A DNA stretch of 63,752 bases, counting the filler, from Reclinomonas americana ATCC 50394 (taxonomy: Eukaryota), in assembly GCA_048213135.1 (NCBI GenBank). It is 18 parts of 18 records of this genome, joined end to end, with 100 filler letters (N's around TTAATTAATTAA, not from the genome) between each part and the next. Parts side by side here need not be neighbours in the genome. Positions count along the whole stretch, not along the records: positions 32,584 to 40,374 come from AFZH01017303.1; positions 40,475 to 42,965 come from AFZH01017304.1; positions 43,066 to 44,816 come from AFZH01017305.1; positions 44,917 to 46,570 come from AFZH01017306.1; 14 more parts are not named here. One strand, 5' to 3'. This document shows positions 35,401 through 46,364 of the stretch, one piece after another. The position numbers were made by a program, and so were the translations under genes. The notes below the pieces were generated by a model. The model was not told the DNA's origin. It ran no database searches and saw only the letters and a program-made list of their open reading frames with translations. Each line of letters opens with the position of its first letter. Position 1 is the first letter of the stretch.

Positions 35401-35859
35401 ATGAGTGAGGGTTGGACACAGGAAAGCAGTCACGCGGGCAAGAGACAAGAGGCAAGATGATTGTGTGTGTGTGTGTGTGCGAAGTGCTTCGTTCGCCTTG
35501 CAACTCAGGCATGCGTGTGTGTGTGTCTGTGTGTGTGTGTGCGAGAGAGAGGCGTGTTTCTATGCGGCGAGTGGGTCGTTCTGAAATGCGTGCGAGCAGG
35601 GAGGGAAACTGAAGAGGGCGACTCGAGAATGGAGTCACGTCGTTTTCTTCGCCATTACTGACTTCTTCTCCTAATGTCCCGCAGCACCATTCTCGCTCCC
35701 GCCGAACCCTCCCCGATCACCATTGACGAGCTGACGCCCATCAACAAGATCCACTACATGTTCAACATGCTGGGCATGACGCACGCCTTTGTGACGGGTC
35801 CCGGTGGCCACTTGCTTGGCGTCGTAACCAAGCAGGATCTTATCAACTTCAAGCTGTAA
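29418..35859 (+). CDS. CLC-family chloride channel with two CBS domains (multi-exon)
   Basis: Spliced motifs: GSGVPELKAIM, GRVGPLVH (GKEGP position), AAAVGVCSALGAPFGGILFSIEA, PVPTGTFIPLF, IIVFELTGE, ISVYD, CBS1 VAADVM...YPIV, CBS2 IHYMFNMLG...LLGVVTKQDL*. Confidence 0.92.
31048..31291. repeat. ~123-bp tandem duplication inside a CLC intron
   Basis: catgttgtctgctgcgtcctccttg...gcagacgttcg starts at 31048 and again, diverged, at 31171. Confidence 0.85.
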
Positions 35860-36091
35860 CCATTTTCTCTCCTTTTTGTGTATTTTTTCTGTCTGTCTGT
35901 CTGGCTGTTCGTGATGTGAGAATGCACGCACAGTTATTTCCCCGCCCTAAACACTGTCATACATTCTTGATGCAGAAAAGGAAACCCAAGATATTCATTC
36001 ATTCACACACGCACACAAATATCGCACACCATGTACACGACGCAGTTACAACATTGATCAACAACAGGTATGTACACACACCCATAAAGCC

Positions 36092-39000
36092 TTATCGCCC
36101 CTCTGCCGTCGACAGTGGTGCATCTGAGTGGGCGGAGGAGAACACAATCAGAACAGAGAGGAGACTTGAACGAAGGGAAACACATCACTCACACTCACCA
36201 CGCTGGGGACGGAAAGTGCAGTGCAGCAGCTCGGCTTCCTCTTGCGCCCGGCGCAGCTCCGATCGCTTCTCCTGCCACATGCGTGACTCCTCGATGAGCG
36301 CCTCATGCAGTGGCTTGTTGCCGCGCTCCTTTTCGAGCTTCTTGCGCGCCAGCTCCTCCGAGCGTGCCGAGATGTGCGGTCTAAACGTGGTGTCGCTGTT
36401 GAGGGGAGAAGGGTCAGCAAGCGCGACAACTATGAGCGACTGGGAGAGCAAGGGTGTGTGGCACGAAACGATTGCGGCTGCGGCTTGGTGTCCAGGAGAG
36501 GAGTGCGTAGCAGGTGCGTTCGCGGACCGGCCTTCATTGTCGTCTGCGGCGAATACACACGGTCAGCTCGTTGCCACACACCCTCGTGTTCAACGCCAGA
36601 CACACTCACCCATCGCTTGCTCAGCAGTTCGACAAACTGCGCGTAATTCAACGTGTTTTGTCGCACACGTGCGTCATCCATCACCGGGGCCACCTCCCGT
36701 GCAATGTTCTCGTTCAGCTTGTTCACCTCCACGTCGCTGAGGTCAATTACGCCCACCTGCACGAAAGAGGGGGAAAGGGAGTGAGGATGGGAGAAGGGAA
36801 AGGGGGAAAGTAGAAGTGGGGAAAAGGGTGACGTGGAAGGGGAAGGGAAAGGGAGAGGAAGAAGAGAAGAGCGTCGGATATGGACGGGGTCGGAGACAGA
36901 TGAGAGACAGCGACAGCGAAAGAGAGGTGGGAGAGAGAAGAGAGGAGGGAGAAGGAAGGAGTGGGGAGAGTGGGGAGTGACAGCAAGATGATGGGCAAAA
37001 GGACCTTTGAATGCGACAGGTGGAGAAAGTGGAAGACGAAGGAGAGCGTGTAAAGTGACAACTAGACGAGTGGAACGGAGGCAATTACAGGGTAAGAGCA
37101 TGGTGCAATGAGGGAGGAGAGATGGGCGGAAAAGAATAGTGAATGGCATTGAGAAGATGGAAGAATGAGAAGGAAGGAGAACTGTGAGGTAAGTGCAATG
37201 AGAGGTGCGCTGGAGGAAAGGCACAGCGAGAAAGAAAGAATGCGATGTGCGCAAGACGGCATCGGCTGTTCTCTTGAATGCCTCTCCCTCGACATTCTGC
37301 ATTCGCCATGTCTCTTCCCCTCTTACCTCTCCCTCCCCCTCTCCCTCTCCCTCCCCCTCTCCCTCTCCACCTCTCCCGCTGAACACTCAACTTGATGCGT
37401 ATCCAAAATGTCAAAGATCTCGCGGAAACGTCGATCACGCAGCGTGCCAATCAGCTTCTCGCTTGTGGCCGACGTGTGCGACATGCGCGCCAACTCCTCC
37501 GTGCGCTGCCGCTCCTTCTCTTGCAGCCGCTCGCGCATGTCGTCCTTGTCGAAGCGACTGGCAAAGAGCACCTCGCCAATTGGTACCGACGACTGGCCAC
37601 CGGTGCGCGACTGCTGCATCGACTGCGAGCGGCTGATATTCGGCCTAAACAATTTCTCGCCAGTCACTGTGTTCCGTGCAGCGAAGGAGCGGGTGAGATA
37701 CGAGAACAGGGTGGAGTGAGGAGGGACAAGACGCAACAAGGGTCAACGCCATTCTCCACTGCAGCCTGACGCATGCGCTCCATGTGCGCCACGTGTTCTT
37801 GCTTCTCGTACGTGAGGCGGTTCAGGAACTGCAGGTAGGGGAGGAAAGAGCATGAGCGACGTCGGAAAAAGCAACACAGGACTCCATGCGTGCCATCGCT
37901 CACCTCCTCTGGGTCCTCCGATCCAATTCGTGAGGCCGCGCGGTCGCCGATTTGTGGTCGGAAAGTCACCTCCTCCGGCACCCATCTGCTCAGCTCATCC
38001 AAGCGCATGCGTCGGCGTTCGGCGTCGAGGAAGAGCTGTGTGCGCGGTGAGAATCTCCACACGCCACAAACCATTGCGTGTATGCGCACATGGTCTCACC
38101 TGCTCGTAGTGATCCACACCCTGGTCACGCGCCACCTTGTCCTTCTCGCTCACAATGCGATCCGAGTTGGCATTCACTTTCGGGTGGAACGTGCACTCCA
38201 TAAACCTCTTCTTCTCCTCCTGTTGGTGTGTGAGCAAAGCAACGAAGAAGAAAGAAACATGGAGTGGCAGAAGACGGCGCACCTCGGCCGCCAGCAGCAT
38301 CTTGTGATCGCGCGTCTGCTCGCCCAGTCCGTCCACCACACGGGCCCACATTGGTCCGCGACGCTGAATGGATTGCGCCATTCGGCTGATTTGTGGCTTG
38401 AATGTGGCCTCGGGGTCTTCCTCGTCCTGTGAGATGCAGAGAGGTGAGCGGCACAGAATCGACGCACGACATCCACGTGTGATTTGCTCACAAACCTTGG
38501 TGATGCGCTGCTCCTCTGCCTCCTTTTCGCGGATCATGCGACGCTTCTGGCCCTCACGGTAGAGGCGCTCGCCTGGGTTGCGGTAGGAGCCTTGGCCGCG
38601 CTCGCGCATCAGTTCTTCCGAGACCTGCGGGAGGAGAAGGGGTGTGAGGAGAAGGGATGTCAGGGAAATCAGAATGGGAAGGAACTGCGAGAGACCCCTA
38701 TTCCTTCTTCCTCCCAGCAACTCACCATGTTGATCTTCACCCTCTGCGCCTCGATCTCCGCCTGCTTGCGCTTCTCTTGCGCCGCTCGAGCATCCTCCAG
38801 CGACTTTTGGCGCGCCATGGCCAACTCGTGCAGGCGCACGTGTGCAGGCTTGTCGTTGGACGACGGATCGGCGCCACCGTCACTCGACTTGGTGGCCGAT
38901 GGTGAGCGAGTGCCGCTGCGTTGCCACCAGTATGTGAGCTAGAGTGCATACAAAACTAGACAGTGCGCGTCGGCCAAACCTCAGACGACGGCCATTGGAA

Positions 39001-39946
39001 TTCGATCGCGTCTTGCCATTGGCCGCGTGGGGACCGCTGTCGCTGCTGTCGCGTCGTGCGGACGCTGGCGGCGCAGCGTGGCGGCCATTGTCAGCCGTGG
39101 CTTGCAACCGCTGACGCGGCGGAGCGCTAACCGGGCGACCGGGAGCGAGGCGACTGCGCACAAACACACGCAAAAGAGTCAGGAGAGGGATAGGAGAAGG
39201 AAACCACTCGTGCACAACACAAAACTTGCGCTTCGGCGACTGTGACACGTCGGCCGATCCGTTGCTGGCCGCTCCGTCGACATTGTTGCCTGCTCCCGCC
39301 GCCGCCGCCGCTGCTGCTCCACCTGCCAACGCCGAGCTGCCGACTAGCGTCTCAATGTGCGAGCGAATGTGGTCGGTAAGCGGTCCCAACACCGCCGTGT
39401 CGAGATCGTGCTTGTGCACGAAATCGGCGGCGAGATCGGCGGGCGAGTCGCCGTCGTGCACCTGAATGGTGTCGACGCGGCCGTCGCCAATCTCCACCGT
39501 CATCAACAGAATCACCTTGCGGTGGCGCGAGGGCGATGTGTCGGCCGACACGCTGCCGTGGGTGCCGGAGGAGGCGGCGGCGGCCGGTGAGCCGTTGGCT
39601 TTCGGCGAGTTGGCGGCCTTCATCAGGCTGCGCTCGGACAGCTACGGAAAGGAGAAGAAGTGAGGGCAATGGAGGGCATAAGAGAAGGGGCACCACGACG
39701 CAACAATCTTTTGCCTCTCGGCAATCTGCGCCTTCTTCCTCTGCAACTGCTGGCGGAACTCCTCGCGATCTTGCAACTCGCGCATGTGCGCATCCGAGCT
39801 GCGCTCCTCCTCCACGCGGTGCAGGCGACGCACTTGGTCAAGTCGCTGCTCTTCCAGTTCGTGCAGTCGCTCCGTCTCCTCTTGCACCTTGCGGCTGGAC
39901 TCTTCCTCGGCGACACGGCGCTCGCGGTCCAGCTGTGTTTGTGCGT
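36092..39946 (-). CDS. Coiled-coil protein with a PFU-like domain, six TFxPxI-type repeats and an EF-hand-like motif; probably cytoskeletal/flagellar; 5' end not resolved
   Basis: Exons encode LMTVEIGDGRVDTIQVHDGDSPADLAADFVHKHDL; ATFKPQIS, CTFHPKVN, VTFRPQIG, LFRPNIS, TTFRPHIS, CTFRPQ; FREIFDILDTHQ|VGVIDLSDV; and E/R/K-rich coils. Confidence 0.7.
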
Positions 39947-40193
39947 CTGAAGGGTAAAAGGAGAAGGTTAGTGGAAAGAAGGGGAGGGAGAAGGGAAGGG
40001 CAAGGAAAAGGGGAAGGGTTAGAGGGACACAGAAGAGAACGTGCGATACGAATCCAGGAGAGAGAAGGAGATACAAAGAAAGACATCGTAAGCCGGCGTG
40101 AGAGAGAAATGGACGGATAGGAACAACTCTCCGACGCGAAACGAAACATCTACAGAGAGAGTTTCGCGTTGCTCGCCCAGTTGCCAGTGAGTG

Positions 40194-40374
40194 AAGAGGG
40201 CGGAGACGGTGGAGAGGGTGGAGAGGATGGGGAGGATGGGGAGGATGGGGAGGATGGGGAGGATGGGGAGGATGGGGAGGATGGGGAGGATGGGGAGGAT
40301 GGGGAGGATGGGGAGGATGGAGAGGATGGAGATGACGGGGAGGATGGGGAGGATGGAGAGGATGGGGAGGATGG
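40194..40374. repeat. 9-bp minisatellite (GGGGAGGAT)n running into a gap
   Basis: About 19 tandem, slightly degenerate copies. Confidence 0.95.
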
Positions 40375-40502
40375 NNNNNNNNNNNNNNNNNNNNNNNNNN
40401 NNNNNNNNNNNNNNNNNNTTAATTAATTAANNNNNNNNNNNNNNNNNNNNNNNNNNNNNNNNNNNNNNNNNNNNTAGTAGTAGTAGTTTGTTTGTTTGTT
40501 AG

Positions 40503-40504
<2 letters not shown>

Positions 40505-40564
<60 letters not shown>
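40505..40564. repeat. (GT)n microsatellite
   Basis: Pure GT run. An (AC)n run also lies at ~50621-50678. Confidence 0.95.
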
Positions 40565-40567
<3 letters not shown>

Positions 40568-40838
40568 AATACTGTAGGATCCGGATCGCAGCGATATATC
40601 CGGACTGAGCTCGAGCGTTGAATTCGAAGGCGAGATTGCAATTGACCACAGACGTCGACTGTTGTAGTTGTTGTTAACGTTGTTGGCATTATCGCGAACA
40701 ATTTGTTGTTGTTGTTGACTCCCAATAAATATGCATGCGGGGACGCTCTGAGGGACGTGATGGGGGACGCTTTTGTTCGAAGTGACAGACGTTACGTAAT
40801 GACGGCGGGTGAAGTGTATTTGAACTTTTCTGTTCTCA

Positions 40839-42636
40839 ATGAGCGCGAACACTCTCAAAGAGGTCCTCCGAGGCTCAGCATTGGAGGTCGATAGATCGCA
40901 CGAGATGTGTTGCAGAGCCCTCATGGCCTCGAGCTCCGATGATCAGCGTTCAATCGCCGAGGAAGTTGGCATGGAGTGCAACGACCGTGATTACAACAAG
41001 AACGGAATCGTCATAGGCCTCCAGCGCGATCACGTGGTAGAAGTTCAAGCTGTTGTGCATGTACTTCGTTGCGTTTTAATTGTAATCCTCTGGGGCAGTG
41101 ATCATGAGACACCTGCACTATATGTGCGCCTGCATGTGAACACTCGTCCTGAATTCGACGACGAACGTACACACGCTTGCACTGACGCGGTTCTTGTTGT
41201 TCTAGGCTGCCTCGGTTTTGAGGACTACGGTCGGAGTGATAAGCAGGAGAAGGAGCTCCACTCTGTCGCAGAGTGGATCAATCGACAGTGGAATTTTCAG
41301 TACTTGTGTGCACATCACAATGTCGAAAAGTCTCTGATATTCAAGAAGGAAATGATCAAGCGCGCGATGAATCGGTGCGTTTATTCTCCAAACCGACTGC
41401 GTGTGACTGTACATGTACCAATGCATTGATCCGGAATGCCAATTTTTGTATGTGCATGTGCATGCGCAGCGGCAACTGCAGCCCTGAGTACCATCCAGAA
41501 AACCTGACGCTCAAGAATGGTCGTGAAGTGAGCCCAAAATTCGCACAAATGATGCTCGAGAGAGGAAAAAGGCGTTTAATTGGCGAAGGAACCCGACTGC
41601 GGCAAAAATACGGGAGTGCAGCACGGAACGACATCCGCTTTCAAGTGTGCGAATCGCTGGTTCACTTTATGGGGAATCTTGGAAGTTACTATTCATGCTG
41701 CGTTGTCGATCTGGCGATCGTGGAGCCATACTCACTTAATCATGCGCAGGTTTCTACTTAGAATCCGGTCAGACACGACATGTTTCGCGAACGGCGTCTC
41801 GCGAACGATACTCTACCTCTGGATCTGACAGACCTCTCTCGAAGCCTGCAGCACCACGGCAGTCACCCGCTGTGTGGCGTGATGCACCAACCACAGCTGC
41901 AGCAGTAAGTACTTGTCCAGCATTTTGATGTTTACGTCGTATACGTGTAGTAGGAGTTCTTTTTGTGTGTTGTGCACTGTGCGTTTTCTGTATCATGAGC
42001 AGCAGTTGACGGCACTTAGCATCTTACACTGGCGTTTATATATCTTGTTGTGATTGCTAATTGTAATCGCTCTGTTATCGCCCGCAGTACACCGGCGCCT
42101 ATCCGACGTACGATCGCGACGTCGCGTTCGATCGCGATCGCGAATATGATGATGACGTCGACGGTGCTGGCCCCAGCACCCGCGAATCCGGTTGCAACGC
42201 CGAGTTCAACTTTTGTTCACTGATGCACTCGGCCGCGGCACCAAGTCGTCCACTGCCGAAGCCAGTCCGAGTAATTCGACGGGATTCTGCTTCGTTAGTG
42301 CGCGAATTGCCGCGTGATCGTGAAATTCATGTTGCAGACCAGCAGCCATCGTGGCAGCAAGCACCACCAGTCAACATCGACGGTGACGCATATGGCATCG
42401 CTGGTCTTATGCTGGGAATGCAACGGATTTCCGTGTCGCAAGCGAGCCGTGCGCACGCACATGCGATGCCTGATCATGAGCACACTGTTCCTCAATGGCC
42501 ACAGGGCACGTTTGAGAGCTCAAGCGGCCATGTATACTATCCACGTCCGTCACCCGCAAGCGCACGTGCGCCCCCGCCACCTCGTCGCGAGCGACCGAAT
42601 TCGCGATCGAACTTTACTTACACTTCCGGGATTTGA
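40839..42636 (+). CDS. Multi-exon protein with an HNH/His-Me-finger-like nuclease motif and a low-complexity C-terminus
   Basis: RDHVVEVQ (DH at 41028-41033), then WINRQWNFQYLCAHHNVEK (41274-41330), giving DH..E.Q...N...N...L....N..K. Short GT-AG introns link it to ORF 42223-42636. Start codon uncertain (40839 or 40923). Confidence 0.55.
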
Positions 42637-43161
42637 CAGCTGCTGATATGATGCATTCATCATTGAAGTGATTTTCTATTCTGCAATACATGTACATCCA
42701 CTTGTCGAGTGTGGGTTTGTGAAACATGAACGGTCTAAAAGCGTCGCGACGTCGATCGACATTTTGCTGTCCAGATATCGATGTGACCAGTACGTTAACT
42801 GTAGCGCCTGATCACGCTGCGGCGAATGAAGGGGGTTGTTGCTCGTTCTAACTCTTTGCTCGCCCGCTACTCTCTCCTCTCCTTCTCTCTCCCCTTTCCA
42901 TTCTTCTCTCCCCACATCTTGTCTCCTCTCACTCTCAGTCTCTCTGCTCTCCTCTCTCTCTCTCTNNNNNNNNNNNNNNNNNNNNNNNNNNNNNNNNNNN
43001 NNNNNNNNNTTAATTAATTAANNNNNNNNNNNNNNNNNNNNNNNNNNNNNNNNNNNNNNNNNNNNTCACACACACACACACTCTCTCTCTTCGCTCTCTC
43101 TCTCCTTTCCCCTCGTCTCCTCTCTCTCCTTCCCCCCATCTCTCTCTCTCTTCCCACACTC

Positions 43162-44235
43162 ATGGCCTCCGCCCTCCAACACAAATCCTTTGTGGGACAC
43201 AAATACGCAGTGCTTTGTGTCGCTGTTGCTCCCGATGGCCAGCACCTGGCGAGCGGCGGCCATGACTGCGATGTTCGTGTATGGTCCTCCATGGCCAGTG
43301 GCGCAGAGGTGCGACGGCTGGAGAGTCACGCTAGGTGCGTAACATGCGTCGCATTCACGCCCAATGGGACGTACGTGGTGAGTGGGAGCCGGGACCAGAC
43401 TGTGCGCGTGTGGTCACTGGCGAGTGGAGGGCAAGTGCGACGGTATATGGTGGGGCATGCAGACGTGCACTCGGTTGCTGGTGCTCCCAATGGCAAGTAC
43501 GTGGCGAGCGGCAGCTGTGACGGCACTGTTCGTGTGTTGGCCTTGGCACGTGAGTATTGTGCCGAGGTGCGACGATTGAAGGGACCGGCTGACGTAACAT
43601 GCATCGCTTTCACTCCCGACGGCAGGCACTTGGTAAGTGGGGACTTGGACAAGACAGTGCGTGTGTGGTCGCTCGCGAGTGGAGCGCAAGTCCAACGGTT
43701 CAAGGGGCATACTCGCACCGTGTACTCTGTTGCTGTCACTCCCGACGCACAGCATGTGGTGAGTGGGAGTAGCGACAACACAGTGCGAGTGTGGTCACTG
43801 GTGACCGGGGAGGAGGTGCGACGGATGGAGGGACACACTTACGGGGTGAATGCCGTCGCCGTCACTCCCGCCGGTCAACACGTCGTGAGCGGGGGCGACG
43901 ACAGGACGGTGCGTGTGTGGTCACTGGCGAGTGGCGAGGAGGTGCGACGGATGGAGGGACACACTGGCACTGTGACATCTGTCGCCGTCACTCCTGATGG
44001 TCAGCACATTGTGAGTGGGTGTTGGGACAAGACAGTAAGAATGTGGTCCTCTCCGTGTGCCCACGCTCGGTGGGAGCTCGACAGTGCACGACGGGCCGCG
44101 CAGGCCGTGCGGGAGATGCAACGAGAGGATGCGGATTCACGGTGCCTGCCGGAGATGGTACTGCGGTGTTTCATGGTGGAGGAGGCCGAAGTGGTGGTAT
44201 TCCGCGGCAGCACGAATCCAGATTTGCATTGGTGA
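43162..44235 (+). CDS. Intronless 7-blade WD40 protein with conserved C-terminal tail, array gene 1
   Basis: Seven ~42-aa GH...VAVTPDG.H.VSG..D.TVRVW repeats. Tail ELDSARRA.QAVREMQ...RCLPEMVLRCFMVEEAEVVVFR...PDLHW*. Confidence 0.93.
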   Translation: MASALQHKSFVGHKYAVLCVAVAPDGQHLASGGHDCDVRVWSSMASGAEVRRLESHARCVTCVAFTPNGTYVVSGSRDQTVRVWSLASGGQVRRYMVGHADVHSVAGAPNGKYVASGSCDGTVRVLALAREYCAEVRRLKGPADVTCIAFTPDGRHLVSGDLDKTVRVWSLASGAQVQRFKGHTRTVYSVAVTPDAQHVVSGSSDNTVRVWSLVTGEEVRRMEGHTYGVNAVAVTPAGQHVVSGGDDRTVRVWSLASGEEVRRMEGHTGTVTSVAVTPDGQHIVSGCWDKTVRMWSSPCAHARWELDSARRAAQAVREMQREDADSRCLPEMVLRCFMVEEAEVVVFRGSTNPDLHW

Positions 44236-44241
44236 GGCGGT

Positions 44242-44388
44242 ATGAAAGTGAAAGGCCGCTTTGTTGAGTTGCAGCTGGAAGGTGCAGATTCGCGGTGCCT
44301 GCCGGAGATGGTACTGCGGTGCTTCATGGTGGAGGAGGCCGAAGTGGTGGTGTTCCACAGCCATGCGAATCCTGATCTGCGCTGGTGA
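44242..44388 (+). other. Tail-only duplicate of gene 1's 3' end; 48-codon mini-ORF in frame with gene 1
   Basis: MKVKGRFVELQLEGADSRCLPEMVLRCFMVEEAEVVVFHSHANPDLRW*, offset 153 nt from the gene 1 tail. Confidence 0.7.
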
Positions 44389-44543
44389 GGCGGTACAAAA
44401 GTGAAAGGCGCCTTCTTGACAGCCTTGTTCTTTCCTTCCGTGTCAACAATCCACAGAATGCGCGTGGCGACTTAATCATTAAGTGTCCCACCAATCGCTT
44501 TTCATATCATCTCTCACGCATTGCGCTCTCCTTTCCACCCCCC

Positions 44544-44990
44544 ATGACCTCCACCACTCCCCCCACTCACCTTCAAAAGACCTTTGTGGGGCACACGGGC
44601 ACAGTGTGCTCTCTCTCCATCACTCCCGACGGCCAGCTGCTGGCGAGCGGCAGTCACGACCACACTGTTCGTGTATGGTCCATGGCCAGTGGCGCAGAGG
44701 TGCAGCGATTGGAGGGACACACTGGGTGGGTGAGGTGCGTTGCATTCACTCCTGATGGCCGGCACGTGGTGAGCGGCGGCAGCGACAAGACAGTGCGAGT
44801 GTGGTGCGACAGTTCGNNNNNNNNNNNNNNNNNNNNNNNNNNNNNNNNNNNNNNNNNNNNTTAATTAATTAANNNNNNNNNNNNNNNNNNNNNNNNNNNN
44901 NNNNNNNNNNNNNNNNTGCGTTGCTTCATGGTGGAGGAGGCCGAGGTCGTCTGCTTCCGCTGTAGCACGGATCCCGATCTGCGCTGGTGA
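44544..44990 (+). CDS. WD40 + tail array gene 2 (interior lost in gap)
   Basis: MTSTTPPTHLQKTFVGHTG... runs to the gap at 44817. RCFMVEEAEVVCFRCSTDPDLRW* follows the gap. The two halves may belong to different copies. Confidence 0.75.
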
Positions 44991-45131
44991 GGCTGTATGA
45001 AAGTGAAAGCCACCTGCTTGATTCTTCCGCTTCTGCACACGCTCTCCAGCAACAACAGAACTGCGTCACGCATGACTTGTCCCGTCACTCACTTGTCTCT
45101 TTTCTCAAAGCGCTCCTCTCTTCCCGTTCTC

Positions 45132-46199
45132 ATGGCCTCCACTACCCATCACAAGTCCCTCGCGGGGCACACTGCCGCAGTGCTCTGCGTCGCCGTCGCT
45201 CCCAACGGTGAATGCATTGTCAGCGGCAGTAGTGACACGACTGTGCGAGTGTGGTCCATGGCCAGTGGCGCCGAGGTGCAGCGATTGGAGGGACACACTG
45301 CGTGGGTGCGTTCAGTCACCGTCACTCCCGACGGCCAGCATGTGGTGAGTGGGAGTGATGACAAGACTGTGCGAGTGTGGTCGCTGGCCAGTGGCGAGGA
45401 GGTGCGACAGTTCGAGGGGCATGCTGGCTTTGTGTACTCTGTTGCTGTCACTCGCGATGCGCAGCACGTGGTAAGCGGGAGTGAGGATTTGACGGTGCGA
45501 GTGTGGTTACTGTCGACGGGGGAGGAGGTGCGACGATTCGAAGGGCACACTGGTGATGTGTGGTCTGTCGCCGTGACTCCCGACGGCGAACACCTGGTGA
45601 GTGGAAGTGCTGACAAGACAGTGCGTGTGTGGTCACTGGTGAGTGGCGAGGAGGTGCGACGACTGGAGGGACACGGCGGGTGGGTGTTGTCGGTCACCGT
45701 CACTCCTGATGGTCAACACATTGTGAGCGGCAGTGCTGACAGCACTGTGCGAGTGTGGTCCATGGAGACTGGAGAGCAAGTGCGACAGATGGAGGGGCAT
45801 CGTGGGTGGGTGCACTGTCTTGCCGTGACTCCCAACAGCCAGCTCATTGTGAGTGGGAGTCCCGATATGACCGTGCGAGTGTGGTCGCTGGCGAGTGGAG
45901 AAGAGGTGCGGCGGTTGGAGGGACCCATCGGAGGAGTGGACTCTGTCGCCACTGCACTCAATGGCCAGCATGTAATCGGTGGCGGCGTTGATGGAAATGT
46001 ACATGTGTGGTCCTCGACACACGCCAGTGCCTGTGACGAACTCGACAGTGGACGACGGGCCATGCAGGCTGTGCGGGAAATGCAGCCGGAGGATGCGGAT
46101 TCACGGTGCCTGCCGGAGATGGTGCTGCGGTGTTTCATGGTGGAGGAGGCTGAAGTCGTGGTATTCCGCTGTAGCTCGAATCCTGATCTGCACTGGTGA
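45132..46199 (+). CDS. Intronless 7-blade WD40 + tail, array gene 3
   Basis: MASTTHHKSLAGH..., seven repeats, tail ...LPEMVLRCF...PDLHW*. Confidence 0.93.
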   Translation: MASTTHHKSLAGHTAAVLCVAVAPNGECIVSGSSDTTVRVWSMASGAEVQRLEGHTAWVRSVTVTPDGQHVVSGSDDKTVRVWSLASGEEVRQFEGHAGFVYSVAVTRDAQHVVSGSEDLTVRVWLLSTGEEVRRFEGHTGDVWSVAVTPDGEHLVSGSADKTVRVWSLVSGEEVRRLEGHGGWVLSVTVTPDGQHIVSGSADSTVRVWSMETGEQVRQMEGHRGWVHCLAVTPNSQLIVSGSPDMTVRVWSLASGEEVRRLEGPIGGVDSVATALNGQHVIGGGVDGNVHVWSSTHASACDELDSGRRAMQAVREMQPEDADSRCLPEMVLRCFMVEEAEVVVFRCSSNPDLHW

Positions 46200-46364
46200 G
46201 GCAGCATGAAAGTAAAAGCCACCTGCTTGAGTTGCAGCCTTGTTCTCCCTGTCTGTGCCATCAACCGACACACAGAAGTGTGGGTGACTTCATCAGCCGT
46301 GGAAGAACAGAACGACGAAAGTCGGTATTGTCAGGGTGTCCTTCTCCTCACTTGCTCCCGTTAC

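Noticed and set aside
40576..40700. Dense restriction-site palindromes (GGATCC, GAGCTC, CTCGAG, GAATTC, GTCGAC) suggesting a vector polylinker
   Set aside because: The order and spacing match no polylinker I recognise, and similar palindrome-rich patches occur at other gene 5' regions in this window.
44110..44430. Gene-terminal repeat pair resembling the VR/TR of a diversity-generating retroelement
   Set aside because: Mismatches are not adenine-specific (many C/T and G/A changes in both directions) and no reverse transcriptase is visible in the window.
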